DNA of 64,000 bases from Eledone cirrhosa (GCA_964016885.1 OZ024741.1:315828001-315892000); one strand, 5' to 3'. Positions 1-13,791 are shown, counted from the stretch's first letter. Numbers and translations are program-made. Notes: generated by a model from the letters alone, not told the origin.

Positions 1-220
1 AACTATATTAGAAACCGACTCTCTCTCTCTATTGGCAAATATTTGTGAAATTATAAAACCAGAAGAACATACATACATACATAAAAATTTGAGAAATTAT
101 AAAACAGAAGAACATACATACATTCATACATACACACATACATACGAAGGGGTCTCAAAGATTCTGTCTATCAAATTTCTCTCACGAAGCATTTGTGAAC
201 ACGAAGTTATAGAAAAAGTT

Positions 221-294
221 ATTTGTCTAAGATATACGCAGTGGGATTGAACCGGAAACCATGTGGGTGACAAGCGAACTCCTTAACGATACAG
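221..294 (-). mobile_element. tRNA-derived SINE head fragment
   Basis: Reverse complement reads ...gttaaggagttcgcttgtcacccacatggtttccGGTTCAATCCcactgcg..., a B-box-like motif; similar to the SINE at 57.7 kb. Confidence 0.55.
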
Positions 295-406
295 AAGTAA
301 TCAAATTCTTTAACATAATGAAACAATGTTTTTGAATATCCATATATTTATAGCGCGTGATGTATTTGCTTTGCAAGGTTTTTGATATGAAATCGTGTTG
401 AAACAG

Positions 407-565
407 ATATTGTTAGTTTGGGGAGGGTCATGATGTCCTAATAGTGAGTGTGTTTTACTATTTTTGGCAACGTTTGGTTTGGTTTTCGCTTCAGTATATT
501 TTTTAATAAATAATTTATCTGGCAATCAATATTAGGACAACATGACCCTCCCCAAATATAACAAC
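407..565. repeat. Short inverted repeat (about 27 bp core arms)
   Basis: tttggggagggtcatgatgtcctaata versus tattaggacaacatgaccctccccaaa, one mismatch. Confidence 0.7.
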
Positions 566-699
566 ATATATTTATGCCTGCAGATATAATTGAGAACAAA
601 GAAATAATTGTTTTAAGAAGCGTTGAACGAATTTGAATATTGAAGTATGTTAGATTATTTTCAGCTGCTACTACGTACGTTTTATTATAAAATGCTCGA

Positions 700-1945
700 A
701 CAGACAGGAAAAAGTCTGTCTTACTTTAATGTATTGATAATACAGCTGTTCCGCAAGCGGTAGATTAATTTCGATACCCACAGGCGACTGTTCGGGTTTT
801 CCCTCTCCAAGGGAAACTTGTAGCAGCTTTCTACAGTTCGCTCTCTTCAGCTTGACGAGCAGCGAGCCTCGGCTAGTCGCCGAATGCACAAGTTGCCACG
901 AGAGAAGGTGTCGCAATGTGTAGCATCGCAGACGAAGGACCTACCACCGCAGAACGGGAGGATTCTTATGCCATCTCACCTTTTACCATTCCTGTGGTCC
1001 AGCTCCGCTGTCTTGAGCTGGGACGAGTTCAGAGTATTTCCGCAGCCACGTTTCGAGGTCAAGTCTCGGAGAAACACGAATGCATAAACTGTCTCTATTC
1101 AGCTGAGTGCCGGGAGGCCGAACGAAAATATGCCAGACGGTGCTGGTGAAGCCAGTGGACCAGTTTGTCGCTGGTCCTGTTGCACAGGATGGCGTCCCAT
1201 TTGTTTTGGTAGACTGAACGTCTAAGGAGGGGTGAGGGGGGTGGATGTCCCATAAGCTGCCTCGCAATAGGTTCTGTTGAGTTATGGAGAACCTTATGGA
1301 TGAAAATACGGCAAAGGTTACCGACGAAACAAATGCCGGTAAAACCTGTGAGACTAGACCGGAGACGGTAAGATGACTTGTTGCCATCCGGTGTCATCAA
1401 ACTAGAGGGCGCATATCTCATCAACAAGCCGTCGAATACAAGCGTCAAGGTCTGTAAGGAGAGATGCGTGGTTGTAGCAAGAGACACTGTGAAAACTATA
1501 TAGAAGATCCTTCATAAAAAAGCAGTTCCTCAACAGAAAGATGGCATCGATCAGATTCAGTCTGCTCGTCAGAGTTTTAAGCTTACGAAGCCTGTACCTG
1601 CGGTTTGAACGAAGGCGAGAGGATAATTAAACTGAATATAAGTACGTCTTCTTTAGCGGTCACCTTCATCCGATGGTGTAATTATTTCACCATCGAAAAG
1701 TTGGCAGCGTGGGCTGGACCCACAGTGTCGTAATTGACGATCACGACATCCGACTTCGACGAGTTAATTGTGAGATCAATCCATGCCAGAGCGGAAACTA
1801 GTGACAGGAGATTCTGGCAGACACTCTCTATGGGCCAGCCCATCATCGCATCGTCCAGGTAACAGATGTTGAGAGGAGGCGTGATGCTCCGTGCAACGTT
1901 GTCTACCCGGAGAGCGAAAAGGAGGGAGCCCAACGGGTCACTGTG
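700..1945 (-). pseudogene. Decayed CRE-like non-LTR retrotransposon (RT plus restriction-like endonuclease)
   Basis: Minus-strand peptides DPLGSLLFAL...CYLDD (RT) and R*DGIRILPFCGGRSFVCDATHCDTFS, AARQAEES, matching the RPDG...WDAT RLE pattern; many stops and frameshifts. Confidence 0.7.
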
Positions 1946-1949
1946 TTAT

Positions 1950-2255
1950 TGATAATGCTGCCGTTATCACCGTTGGTTGTGAAGGTGTATTTGATGTTGT
2001 AGCGTTGAGATTAATGCTTGGGATTGAGGTAGTGAAGCTGGTTACACTGGAGGTAGTAGTGTATGTGGTGTGTGTGAAAGTATTGGTAGTAGTGGTGGTC
2101 GTAGTGGTAGAGCTGGTAGTGGTTGTGGTAGCAGCAGCAGAGGTAGTAGTAGCAGTGGTGGTAGTAGTGGTTGTGGTGGCTGGAGTATTAGAAGTAGTAA
2201 TAGTTGTCAGCGTTACAATGGTAGTATAATTATTATTATTATTATTATCATTATT
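1950..2255. repeat. GTA/GTG low-complexity tract followed by (ATT)n
   Basis: Trinucleotide runs visible directly. Confidence 0.9.
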
Positions 2256-2460
2256 GGTCTAAGCGGAGTATTTTGCTCGCTCACAGTAAGTCGCTTTATT
2301 TGCCTGTTTAAATTATTTGTTGTTAAATATTTCTTGTTGTGTAAGGGATATAAGCCCTTAGACTTTGCCCCGTGAAGGGGAAAGTATAATATTTGGGCCT
2401 TTTGGCCCAAATATTTCAACTTTTTTTTACATGTTAAAAAATTTACGAAGAAAAAAAAAC

Positions 2461-4424
2461 ATGGCTGAGCCCCCCCGCGATATGTCGGCTGTCGTGCGGC
2501 AACGACGTAGAAGTTGAGAGGAGCGCTACAGCGAAATTAACACACATTGATAACACAAACACCACCACAAACAATGTAAACAATGACACCAATGATACCA
2601 ATGAGAACTCTAATTTTGAAAAAAATGACAGTAACAGCGACAACGAAAATACAGATAACAAAAAAAAAAATAACAAATACAACAACAATATCAACACCAC
2701 TAACATGAAAACAAATAGCGACAACACCAACAGCAACAATACCAACTGCACCGAGAACAACGGTGGCAACAAAGACAACAATGATAACAGCAACAGTGCT
2801 AACAACAACACCAACAAGAACAACGTCAACAACACCCCCAACGAAAACAAGAACAATTTCGCTGCGGCAGCAGCAAAAAAGAGGCCATGCTTCAACATGG
2901 ACCTCTCAAACAAAGATGAAAAGTTGGCCCAGGCATGGAAGCTCATCAAGCAAGAGCAAACTTGGGCCAACTTAACTGTCCCGGTAGAAGCTATTGAGGC
3001 AGTGGAGCGCAAAACGGTGCATAGATGCATCTCAGCACAAACCAAAAAGGCAGCGTTAATCCCACAAGAAGATATCGAAGTCGCGCTGAGGTGCATCAGA
3101 GAAGACACCCAGTACATAGAGAGGGGCAGACAGTAAGGCACCATTTCGGTGTTGTTCAAGTCAGAAGCCCTCGCGATGAAACACGCCATGACTCCTTGCA
3201 AAACCAGCAAGGTCATAATGTACCCCTCCCACATGGGTACGGCCCGTCTCCGCATTCCCAGAATCCCACCAGGACTTGACATGTGGTGGCTTCTGGGATG
3301 TGTGATTGTGGAGGGGACGGATACAGTCCCCAGAGAAGTGACCAGAACGGCCAGAGAGGACTGGTCCGGGGTTGACCTGGAGATCCTTCTCCAGATCAGG
3401 CCCGAGAATGTGAAGACAATCTCAGACCATATCCGACTTCAGAATGGGACTGTCATTCACATTATGACCGAAGGCAAAAGGCCGCAGTGTTTTGTTTGTG
3501 GGGAAAAAACCCATTTGCGAGCCTTCTGCCCTCAACTGCTGAAAGAGGCAAGGGGTCGAAAGACTCCACTGCTGCCGACGCCGGGGCGAGGATCACATCC
3601 AACACCTGCACCGGGAAAACCACCAACAACAACACCAATAGAAAAAACACCACCAACATTGACCACCCAGGGGGGAAACGAGGAAAGCTGTCACATTCCT
3701 CCTCCCCCCAAAAATACACACACCAATAAAACCTTAAACATACATACAAACACACTTACAGACACAGACCCCTCATCTACCAGTAGTGAAGATGAGAGAA
3801 ATCCAAAATCCCCCAAAATACAAAAAAGGAAACACAAAAAGAAAAAGAAAAACTCAACAAAGCACAAAAGCACCCACAATAAAAAACGCAGACATCACCC
3901 ACGCAAACATCTCTCCAATAACACCAACATCAACACCACCATCACCATCACCAAAATCCCCCAAACGCAAATAACCGAAACAGACGCAAGAACAAATATA
4001 CACACACACATCTGAAACCACAGACATCGCACTCACAACAAACACAGATACAACCGAAACAACACCACCAAAGCCATCACTACCACAGCCACGCAAACAA
4101 ATAAAATCACACCAACAAAACATACAAAACTTCGTGCTCGTCAGGAGGGCCAACAAGGAACTGATGGCCCTCGTAGCAAGAAGTGAAAATATACAAAAAG
4201 AGGGGGAAATGTTTAAATCGAGCACATTTCGCGTGCCGGAAGATTTGGTTCTGGTGCGAATGTCGCTCGACATATTCAAAGAAATACGAGACAGCTTTCC
4301 TCGGGACGTGGGAACCCCGAACGTAAAACCCACTTCAAGACTTTTAAAGGGGTTCCCAAAAGAAACCCCACTAACTATGGAGGTCGAACAACCCGACCTT
4401 CACAAGAGCCCGGAAAGTAAGTAA
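2461..4424 (+). pseudogene. L1/Tx1 ORF1 (gag-like), disrupted
   Basis: ATG at 2461, Asn-rich N-terminus, in-frame stop at 3134-3136 between ORFs 2705 and 3149, zinc knuckle CFVCGEKTHLRAFC, basic Thr/Lys-rich tail, frameshifts. Confidence 0.8.
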
Positions 4425-4457
4425 ACCTTCCTCTCTCTCTCTGTTTAGCCTGCCAAC

Positions 4458-7400
4458 ATGGCCGTATTAAGAGTAGGATGTTTAAATGTTCGAGGCCTGA
4501 GATCGTCCTGGAAGCAGGGTCACCTGCTCAACGACCTCAGGTCTATAGAAATGGATGTAATTGCAGTCAGCGAGACCAGGATTTCTGACACGCGCGCACT
4601 AGCCCCCATTTTCGACGACTATCAGATCTTTGCATCTGTTAGCCAGTCGGGAATGGGAAGCGGGGTGGCAGTGCTGTTTAGGAAAGGCCTGGATCTCGAG
4701 GTAAGGTCGATCTTCCGGGACCCGGACGGGAAGTTGGTGATCCTGGACGTGAACAATAATGAAGGTGGTGCCTTTAGACTGGTAGCCGTCTATGCTCCTA
4801 CTGGGGCAGGACGGCCGGACTTCTTTAGGCGCCTGGAAGCCTTTCTGGGTACGTCTCGCCCTTTACTGTTAGCGGGGGACTGGAACGGCATCTTAGACGC
4901 ACGCTGGGACTGTGTGGGAGTATCCGATAGGAGCGGGGCGTGCAACAGCCTCAAGAACCTGATCAGCCAGTTCCAACTGTCTGACAGGTACCGACTAGAT
5001 TTCTCTAATGCGCCAGTGTGGACCTGGGCTAACCGCATAGGGTCATCTAGATCGTATATAGACAAGATATTCATTAGGAAAATAGACAGAAATAGTGTAA
5101 GCTGTCCACGTTTTGAAACGGTCGCCTATTCAGATCACAAGTTTGTGATCTGTATGGTCGACCTAGATAAGAGGCGTAGGTTAGGACCTGGTTACTGGAA
5201 GCTAAACATGTCATTTCCGGCACGTAAGGCTTACATGTCAACAATTTAGTTAAGAAAAAGTTGACGGGGGAGTCGTCAACAATAGATGGTGGGGGGCTCT
5301 CAAAAGAGAGATTAGAGTAATGTCGATAGAGTTTAGCAAAGAAGTAGCATTAGAGAAAAATAGAAAGGAGGGAGAGTTGGTAGATAAGTTAGACGAGGCT
5401 ATTGGTAGTGGCATTGCAACTGACGTGCTAGCGGCGAGAATGGCATTAGACCATTTCTTCAATGCGAAACACGAAGGTTGCATTGTCAGAGCTAAGGCGC
5501 GTGCTCTGAGAAACGAAGGAACCAAAGTTGTTCGATGGGCCCGCGTGGCAGAGGCGCAGCGTGGTAATAAAACCACGATTCGGTCATTGACGGACCGAGA
5601 CGGGCTCGAGCTGAGCGATTCCAAGAAAATGTGAGGCCTTTCGCCAACATTTTGCTCGGTTGTTCGGGGGAAGTGGCGGGTCAGAGATGGTGGCGGACTT
5701 CAGTCCCTACCTCGATGGCTTGCCGCAACTCTCGACGGCTGACGCTGGGCGCTGCAAAAGGCCAATTACTTCAGCCGAGATTCAGGATGCCCGTGTAGGC
5801 TGCATGAGGCGCAAGTCACCCGGTTTGGATGGTCTGCCCTACGAGCTTTACGTAAATATGCCAGACTTGTTCTCCAATCTCCTCGAAGCGCTCTACTGCA
5901 ACTGGCAGCAAAACGGGAGTATTCCCAGTTCTGTGAGCCGGGGCGTAGTGACGCTGATAAGGAAAGACGAGAACAAGAGGGACACATTAGACAATTTCAG
6001 GCCCATAACTCTGCTCAACACAGAGTTTAAGATTTTGGCCAGGGTGTTAGCGAAGAGGTTGGCGCTTGTCGTCGGGGATTTGGTTGGGGAGGCGCAAACT
6101 TGCGCAATCCCAACCAGGTCCATACACGACAATCTCCACCTAATGCGATACATCATAGAGAGAGTAGGGTGTAAACCTGGCTTCGGTGGGGCTCTGATCA
6201 ATTTAGATCAATCGAAAGCATTCGATAGGGTCGACCATCGGTACCTGGATGCTGTCCTCAAGGCGGCTGGCTTCGGCCCCGTCTTCAGAAGCTGGATCGC
6301 TGCAATGCACAGCGGCACCTGCTCGATGGTCAAAATAAATAGCCACCTCTCGGAACCGTTTCAGGTCTCCCGATCGGTACGTCAAGAGTGCCCTCTCTCC
6401 TCCCTTCTGTACGTATTGACTCTCCAGCCTTTACTACGGAAGCTAGAGCTGTTGCAGGGCAACCCGCTCGAACCGGGACGCGGAAAGGCTATGTCGGCTT
6501 ATGCGAACAACATCATCGTGATGGTGTCGGACACCTCAGAAATCGAGGTAGTCGGCAACTTATTGGAGGAATATGAAAGGTTGACGGGAGCAAAACTTAA
6601 CCCGGAAAAGTCAGTGGGCTTGCAACTCGGCACCTGGAGAGGCAAGTCCATGCCGTCCAACAGCGTCGTTAGGCGCTGGACGGACGGACCGGTAAAGTTG
6701 CTAGGGGTTTGTTTCGAGCCAGACCTCCAGGTGGATAAGAATTGGGAAGAGGTGTCGGGCAGGGTAGTCAATCTCACACAGAAATGGGCTGGGATGAAGC
6801 TATCACTGAAAGGTCGGGCGGAGGTGGCGAACGCGTACATCGCGTCCGTCATCTACTACCGTCTGACTGTCATCCCTTGCCCCCGTTCGCGCCTCGCCAG
6901 CTTGAAGCGGCTCCTCTTCAAATTATTGTGGAGGGGTCGGGTTCCGCTGGTGAGGCGGTCCATCTGCTGCCAGCACCCTCTACGTGGAGGGCTTGGCATG
7001 CCGTGGCTAATGATGCGCAGGCACGCGCTGAGGCTGCGGCATCTCCAGATATTCTGCCTAAACGGTGAACAGGTGTGGTCGCCGTTTGTCAGATGGGCCT
7101 TTCCGCAGCTCGTATCTTTGACTGAGTTGCAGTCCTGGGTCAAGAAGAGACCGAGACTGGGTGACTGGCATCTGGAATGTTGCCAGGCACTCACTGCCCT
7201 CTACCAGGCGGGCAATGCGGTCAGTGGAACTTCCACTCTCGAGTTCTATAGAGGATTAGTGGTGGGCAAGTGCGACGACACACTCGGATAGGCTCTGGGA
7301 GTCAACGAAGTCTAACTAACCAGTCTGTACCGAGGACTTTCGAGCCGGGGACGATGGATAATTTCCCCAAATCCCTCGCTTGGCAGTGCTACCGGGGGGC

Positions 7401-7868
7401 ACTACCGGTTCGAGATAAACTCTACAGGCACGGAAGTGCTGTCAGACGGGCCTGCGCGAGATACGCGCAGAACGACGAAACCGTTCTGCACGCACTCGTC
7501 CAGTGTCCGTGCATTACTGACTTGTGGAGTTTTGTTGAACAGCTGTTGTCGCGTGGAGAACGGATCCGGCTATCGGCCGAGTCCATAGTGAAGATCGACC
7601 CGCCGCCTTCTTTTGGCCAGGAAGGGCAGGCAATTTTCTTCTGTCTGGTGGCAGTAGCGAAAGAGGTTGTATGGTGGACGAGGTTGAAAGGACTGAAGAC
7701 AGACACTTTTCTCTTCGGCCAATCTCTCATCAACTTTTTCAAGTTTCACTTGGAAAGGAAGGTGAGGGTGGAGAGAGAAGTGCTGCCCCCAGTACATTTG
7801 CTGAAAGGTGGGTGAATGTGGCGAGAATGGCCCGTGTGAGTGGGCCTACTCTGGTCATGCGGCTGTAG
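4458..7868 (+). pseudogene. L1/Tx1 ORF2 (APE endonuclease and reverse transcriptase), disrupted
   Basis: LNVRGL, VSET, GDWN, SDH (APE); KSPGLDG, NFRPITLLN, DQSKAFDRVDH; catalytic YADD reads YANN; C-terminal ETVLHALVQC; split over ORFs 4458, 5320, 5660, 7270, 7671. Confidence 0.92.
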
Positions 7869-8150
7869 GTAGGTAAATTTGAAGAGGAGAGGGGTTCCTT
7901 CCAGGGTTCTCTCGAAGCGTCGGGTCGTTCAGGACTGGTGGGGTACCTAGGTGGTCATCCCCCCTATTGCGGAATGTTTTCTTGTTGTAATTTTCTTGTT
8001 ACTTTATTGTTACTTTGTTATTGTTACTTTGTTTATTCATATTGTTTACTCGATTTTTCTGTAAAACCCCACTGTCCCAGTCTTTTGTATTGTCCCCTAT
8101 ATGTCGGCCCTTGTGGCCAATAAATGAAATCATTATTATTATTATTATTA

Positions 8151-8355
8151 GGGCGGTGGATTGGCAGTATCGGTGGAGGGTCGGACGCCATGCTTTCCAG
8201 CATAGTGACGTCCCTTTACGATCTGAGTTCAAATCCCGCCGAGGTTGACTTTGCCTTTCATCCTTACGGGGTCGATAAAATAAAGTACCAGTAATGCACT
8301 GGGTAATTGCTGGCCTTGTGCCTAAAGTAGAAACAATTATTATTATTATTATTAT
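8151..8355 (+). mobile_element. tRNA-derived SINE with Meta-like central domain and (ATT)n tail
   Basis: A-box-like tggcagtatcgg, B-box gagttcaaatcc, central gactttgcctttcatccttacggggtcgataaaataaagtacc; recurs at 23.7, 58.0 and 59.1 kb. Confidence 0.8.
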
Positions 8356-8392
8356 TTAGTAGTAGTAGTAGTGATGGTAGTAGTAGTGATGA

Positions 8393-8433
<41 letters not shown>

Positions 8434-8493
8434 ATGGTACTAGTAGTGATGATGGTGGTGGTGGTAGTAATAGTAGTAGTAGTAGTAGTGATG

Positions 8494-8526
<33 letters not shown>

Positions 8527-9428
8527 ATGGTAGTAGTAGTAGTAGTGATGGTAGTAGTAGTTTCGACTGACACCATTATCAGTTGGTGCCATCTTGCTAA
8601 CGGAAATCCATATTAGATGTTTGTGTTATGGGGTGTTGATATTGGTGGTGGTGGTGGTGTTGGTGGTGGTGGTGGTTGGCATTGGGGTCTAAAGGGTAGG
8701 GGGGGTTGTGGATGACGGTGGGATGTAGCAGATTGATGATGGTAGTGGTGGTGGTGGTGTTCGGGTACGGTATGGTTAGAGTCATGATGATGATGGTGCT
8801 GGTGGTGGTAATGTTGGGTGACAGTATGGTGTAACCATGATGATAATCGTGATGGTGTCGGTGGGGGTGGTGGTGGCTGGTGACAGCGGGGAGTAGAGAG
8901 ATGATAGTAGGGGTGTAGAGGATTGATGATGGTGGTGGTAGTGTTGATAGTTGTTGTAGTGTTGTTGATGGTGGTGGTAGTGGAGATGATGATAGAGGTG
9001 GTGGTGTTTTTAATGGTGTTGTTAATGATGTTGGTTGAGGCTTGTTGGCGGTGGCGGTATTGGTGTTGGTGATGTTGGTGGGGGTGTTGATGGTGGTGTT
9101 GGTGGATGTGATGGTGATGGTTGTGGTGGTGAAGATGATGGTGTTATTGGTGATAGTGGTGTGTGACGATGATAGTGGTGTTAACGGTAGTGGTTTTAGT
9201 GATGCTGGTGGTGAGTGTGGTGGTGTTGGTGGAGGTGCTGGTAGAGATGTTGCTGGATGTGATGGTGATGGTGGTGGGGTGGTGTTGATGAAGAGGTGGT
9301 GGTGATAGTGGTGCTGAGGTTGGAGTGGTGTTGGTGGTGGTAGTGTTGTAGTGCTGTGGTTGATGATGGTGGTGATGATAATGATGGAGGTAGTTGCAGT
9401 GGTAGTAGTAATAGTAGTAGTAGTCTTA

Positions 9429-9459
<31 letters not shown>

Positions 9460-9630
9460 CAACAACAACAGCAGCAGCTGTAGTGGTGGTAGTAGTAGTA
9501 GTAGTAGTTTTATTGGTGGTTGTGTTGGTGGTGTTGGAGTCGGTGGCGGTGATGTTAGTGTTGATGGTTGTGGTGATGGTAATGGTGTTGATGGTTGTTG
9601 TGGCGTTGGTGGTGGGTGATAGTGAAGTGT
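8356..9630. repeat. GTA/GTG/GAT/GTT trinucleotide low-complexity region
   Basis: Visible directly; source of poly-V and poly-T ORFs. Confidence 0.9.
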
Positions 9631-9659
9631 AGGGGATTAAGCTTCTACTTTCGTATGAG

Positions 9660-11750
9660 ACAGCAATCACGTGACATCCGCCAGGCACCGGAACCAGTTC
9701 ACGGTTATGGGATTATAGTGCGTGGGGCCCACACTCTCAGGTGGGCGAAGCTCTATGCACTCACTCAATAGGTGTTCTACAATCTGCTCTAGTGAGCCAC
9801 ACTGGTGAGTTGATGTTGACCACGGCTCACAGTGGAGCACGGTTGCATTGAATCGGCCGACACCTGCGCCTAGCCCATTCAGGAGCACCTGCTCCCTCCG
9901 TCGTATGTTAACGCCTGGTGTAAGGACTGTATTGGGGTTGACATTCATTTGGGCCAAATCTGATGTTTGTTGGCTGCTAGCTCTCCTCATCGGAAGAGCC
10001 GACGACTAGGGTCTATTGAGGCTTTGGTTGTCAGCTTGTGTGTATGTAATGCCATCTACGAAAGGGTACAGGACCAATACTTGAGAGTACAGATTGATAT
10101 TCTGTTGATGTATGACGGAGACATCCAGTGAATAGTCTTAAGTTGTTGTTTAGGGCTGTATCTAGCTTCTTAGAATGGAAGCTCCTGTACCACACAGGAG
10201 AGGCGTACTCTGCAGCACTGTAGACCAATCCTGGGGCACTGGTACGTACGGTCGATGTGCTAGCACCCCATGACGAGCCTGCCAAGCGGCGTAGAAGATT
10301 GTTACTTGTGGACACCCTTGCACGTAAGAACACGATATGTTGTCCGGACAGCTGTTGGTGCAAATTCACTCCATTATAGGTCGATGTGGCGTTATATAGG
10401 AAGGGTGAGCCAACGAAGTTAATGGTGAGCTAGTGATTGGTCTCCTTGGTATACAGATAGAATGTTGTCGCAATCGTCTTTGCCATGCTCATCTTTAATT
10501 TCTAAGTCTTGAAATATGTTGCTATTTGTGTCATGTCTGCTGTTATTCTCTCTCTTCATTAGTCCAGACGCAATCGAAGTGGCCAAGGGCAAGGTCATCT
10601 GCAAAGCTATAATCTCCTCATGTTGTTTGGACTACATCACCGATGTACTGGTTCGAGAACATGGGGGCATAATTCCGAGCCTTGAAGGACTCTATTACGA
10701 AGGCGGTGAAGTCTACTTCTCTGTCCATTGCTGGTGTTCAGGTCAAAGCTTCGGTTTGCCAGGTTATTGCATATAAACCGAACCATGTGACAGTCAGGAA
10801 TTGTTCATAGTAACTTCAGTGTTAGACACTAGTACCACACAATGTCATAGGCTGCGGCGAAGTCGAGAAAGATAGTATTGGCCTTGTGGCCCTTTTCGAA
10901 GCTGTCTTCAAGGTCATTGGTCAGCTTGATGTTCTGATGCACAGTTTCCCAGTCACGGTGAAAAAGGCAGTTGTGAATCGACTATTGGTCCCAGAGTTTA
11001 AATGGGACATCGGAGAAAGACTGATCTGTAGATTTTGGGTCATCTACAGGTTTGTTTGGTTTTGGAAGAGCAATGAACGTAGTCTTCCGCCAGATCTTTG
11101 GTATGGTTTGGGTAATAAAGCTACATGAGTAGAACTCTCTGAGCCATTCCTGGCATCATGACCCGCAGTGTATCAGGAATTATGGGTGTGTGTTGTCATG
11201 TCCCTGGGTCTTGCTGCTATTGAGTTAACCTATGGCTGAGGCTAGCTTATCTTGTGAAAAAGAAGCGGGCAGAAATCCATCTACATCGGGAGATTTCCAT
11301 AATTTGGTGGTTTCTTGTTTCACAAAGAGGGTGTAGTTCTTGTCTGTATTCTTAAAACGGCAATTGGAAAGGAGTTGTTCAGCAATAGAGTTAATCAATA
11401 CATGGCATGTTGTAGATTTTAGTAAGGCGTTTGAGTCTCTTCCAGGAAATCCTGCAGGGGGTGGATGAAATCTATCCCTTCAACTATTTCTTCCCAACGC
11501 TCTCGGCGTTTCCTGTCTAGGCAGTCGATTAGGTCTGATGCCTTTTCAGTGTGTAGGAACTCATCACAGAGAGTATCACATCCCTCATCTCAAGTGGGGA
11601 TGTAGTGTCGGTGAGAGCATCATGGGATAGAATTCGTTGCTGTCTTGATGAATCGTTTACAGAAATCTGGTGAGATGGGGTGGGTGGTCGTGGTTAGATG
11701 GGTTTGGTGTAGAAAGGTTCAGCAACGCAGTATCTATCTGTTTTGCAAAC
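9660..11750 (-). pseudogene. Decayed I-group LINE (Vingi/Ingi-like), RT and C-terminal part
   Basis: RRLAGSSWGASTSTVRTSAPGLVYSAAEYASPVW, C-terminal QCGSLEQIVEHLLSEC, FLDFAAAYDIV near 10850; many disruptions. Confidence 0.7.
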
Positions 11751-12399
11751 AAGGGTTGAGGATAATGGTGTTCGTGCTGTTGGTGGCGGTGGTGTTGTCT
11801 TTGTTGGTATTGACGCTAGTGCTGGGAATGTCGGTGGTGTTTGTGTTGGTAGTTGTAGTGGTGGAGATGATGGTGGTGTTGGTGGTTTTGTGTTGGTAGT
11901 TATAGTGGTGGTTGGTGATGTTTGTGTTGGTAGTTGTAGTGGTGGTGGTGGTGGTGGTGGCCGCGATGAGGGTGGTTATGGTACGGGGGGGGGGTGATGG
12001 TGATGGCGATGTTGTTGTTGGTGGTGCTGGTGCTGATGGTAGTGGTGTGCAGGAGGCGGAAAAGAGTTTAAAACGAAATCAGCAGGTAATTCCTGGAATA
12101 ACTGTCGGAAATTTATTGAACAAGGCATAATGTTGTTGCTGATATAGTGTGTGGGAGTTGTGAGTGGTGACGGGGGTATTGTTATTACTGGTGGTGATGG
12201 TGGTGGCGGTATTTCTGGCATTGTTGGTGGTGGGATTCTGGTATTTGTTGGCGGTAATGTTAGTGGCTTGTTAGTGTAACATTTGTTATTGGTGATGGCA
12301 GTGGTGGTGTTGGTAGTTTTGTTGTTGTTCGTGGTAGTGTTGGTGTTGTTATTGATAGCGTTATTGCATTTGGTGAAGTTGATGGTGGTGATGGTGGAA

Positions 12400-13174
12400 C
12401 TTTGTAGTTGTTGTTAGTGAGATGTTGTTGGTGGTGGTGCTTTGTAGTTGTTGTTAGTGGGACGATGTTGTTGGTGGTGGTGCTTTGTAGTTGTTGTTAG
12501 TGAGATGTTGTTGTTGTTAATGGTGGTGATGATTTTGGTGACGGTTGTGGTGCTTTTGCAGTTGTTGTTAGTGGCACTATGTTGTTGTTGTTGGTGGTGG
12601 TGGTGGTGGTGGTGGTGATGATAGTTTTGGTGATGGTGGTGGTGGTGCTTTTGCAGTTGTTGTTAATGGGACTATGATGTTGTTGTTGTTGTTGTTGGTG
12701 GTGGTGGTGATAGTTTTGGTGATGGTGGTGGTGGTGCTTTTGCAGTTGGTGTTAGTGGGACTATGGTGTTGTTGTTGTTGTTGGTGGTAGTGGTGGTGGT
12801 GGTGGTGGTGGTGGTGCTTTTGCAGTTGGTGTTAGTGGGACTATGATGTTGTTGTTGTTGGTGGTGGTGGTGGTGGTGGTGGTGGTGCTTTTGCAGTTGG
12901 TGTTAGTGGGACTATGATGATGTTGTTGTTGTTGGTGGTGGTGGTGCTGCTGCTTTTGCAGTTGGTGTTAGTGGGACTATGATGTTGTTGTTGTTGTTGG
13001 TGGTGGTGGTGCTTTTGCAGTTGGTGTTAGTGGGACTATGATGTTGTTGTTGTTGGTGGTGGTGGTGGTGCTCTTGCAGTTGGTGTTAGTGGGACTATGA
13101 TGTTGTTGTTGGTGGTGGTGGTAATAGTTTCGGTGATGGTGGTGGTGGTGCTTTTGCAGTTGGTGTTAGTGGGA

Positions 13175-13205
<31 letters not shown>

Positions 13206-13350
13206 GGTGATAGTTTTGGTGATGGTGGTGGTGGTACTTTTGCAGTTGGTGTTAGTGGGATGTTGTTGTTGTTGTTGGTGGTGGTGGTGATAGTTTTGGT
13301 GATGGTGGTGGTGGTGCTTTTGCAGTTGGTGTTAGTGGGATGTTGTTGTT
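12400..13350. repeat. Compound minisatellite: fixed core gcttttgcagttggtgttagtgggactatg with variable (GTT)n(GGT)n spacers
   Basis: Roughly 15 recurring units of about 50-80 bp. Confidence 0.85.
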
Positions 13351-13569
13351 GTTGGTGGTGGTGGTGTTGTTGGTTGTATAGATGTTTCAGTTGTAGTTGT
13401 TATTACTGCTGTTATTACTATTGTTGTTCCTGTTACTATTGCTGGTGTTGTTATTGCTTTTATTGTTATTGGGGTTAGTACTGCTGGTGCTGTATTCATT
13501 GCTTTCATTTATCGTACACACACGCGAGAACAACTGCGTGAGAATTACCTTATAGTGTATTCATTACAC

Positions 13570-13625
<56 letters not shown>

Positions 13626-13637
13626 ATATACACACAT

Positions 13638-13710
<73 letters not shown>

Positions 13711-13712
<2 letters not shown>

Positions 13713-13752
13713 AACGATTAGGACCCCGACGGCTGAGCTCAAGCCGTTTCGA

Positions 13753-13754
<2 letters not shown>
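13711..13754 (-). ncRNA. 3' half of a hammerhead motif isolated between (TA)n tracts
   Basis: Minus strand ggtc-GAAA-cggct(tgagctc)agccg-TC-ggggtcc; no CTGANGA half nearby. Confidence 0.45.

Positions 13755-13787
<33 letters not shown>

Positions 13788-13791
<4 letters not shown>

Larger units (their letters stand above)
2256..8150 (+). mobile_element. Near full-length L1/Tx1-clade LINE flanked by (ATT)n
   Basis: 5' UTR, ORF1 with CCHC knuckle, ORF2 with APE, RT and Zn motif, 3' AATAAA then (ATT)n; (ATT)n also 5'. Confidence 0.9.

Noticed and set aside
2443-3282. Hydrophobic 279-aa membrane-like ORF
   Set aside because: Antisense of the AAC-rich LINE ORF1
8151-8240. tRNA gene
   Set aside because: A/B boxes run into a SINE body and tail repeated elsewhere; no clean cloverleaf
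12400-13350. CRISPR-like constant repeat with variable spacers
   Set aside because: Spacers are just (GTT)n(GGT)n length variants
8352-13478. Val/Thr/Gly-rich mucin-like ORFs
   Set aside because: Trinucleotide low-complexity DNA, open on both strands
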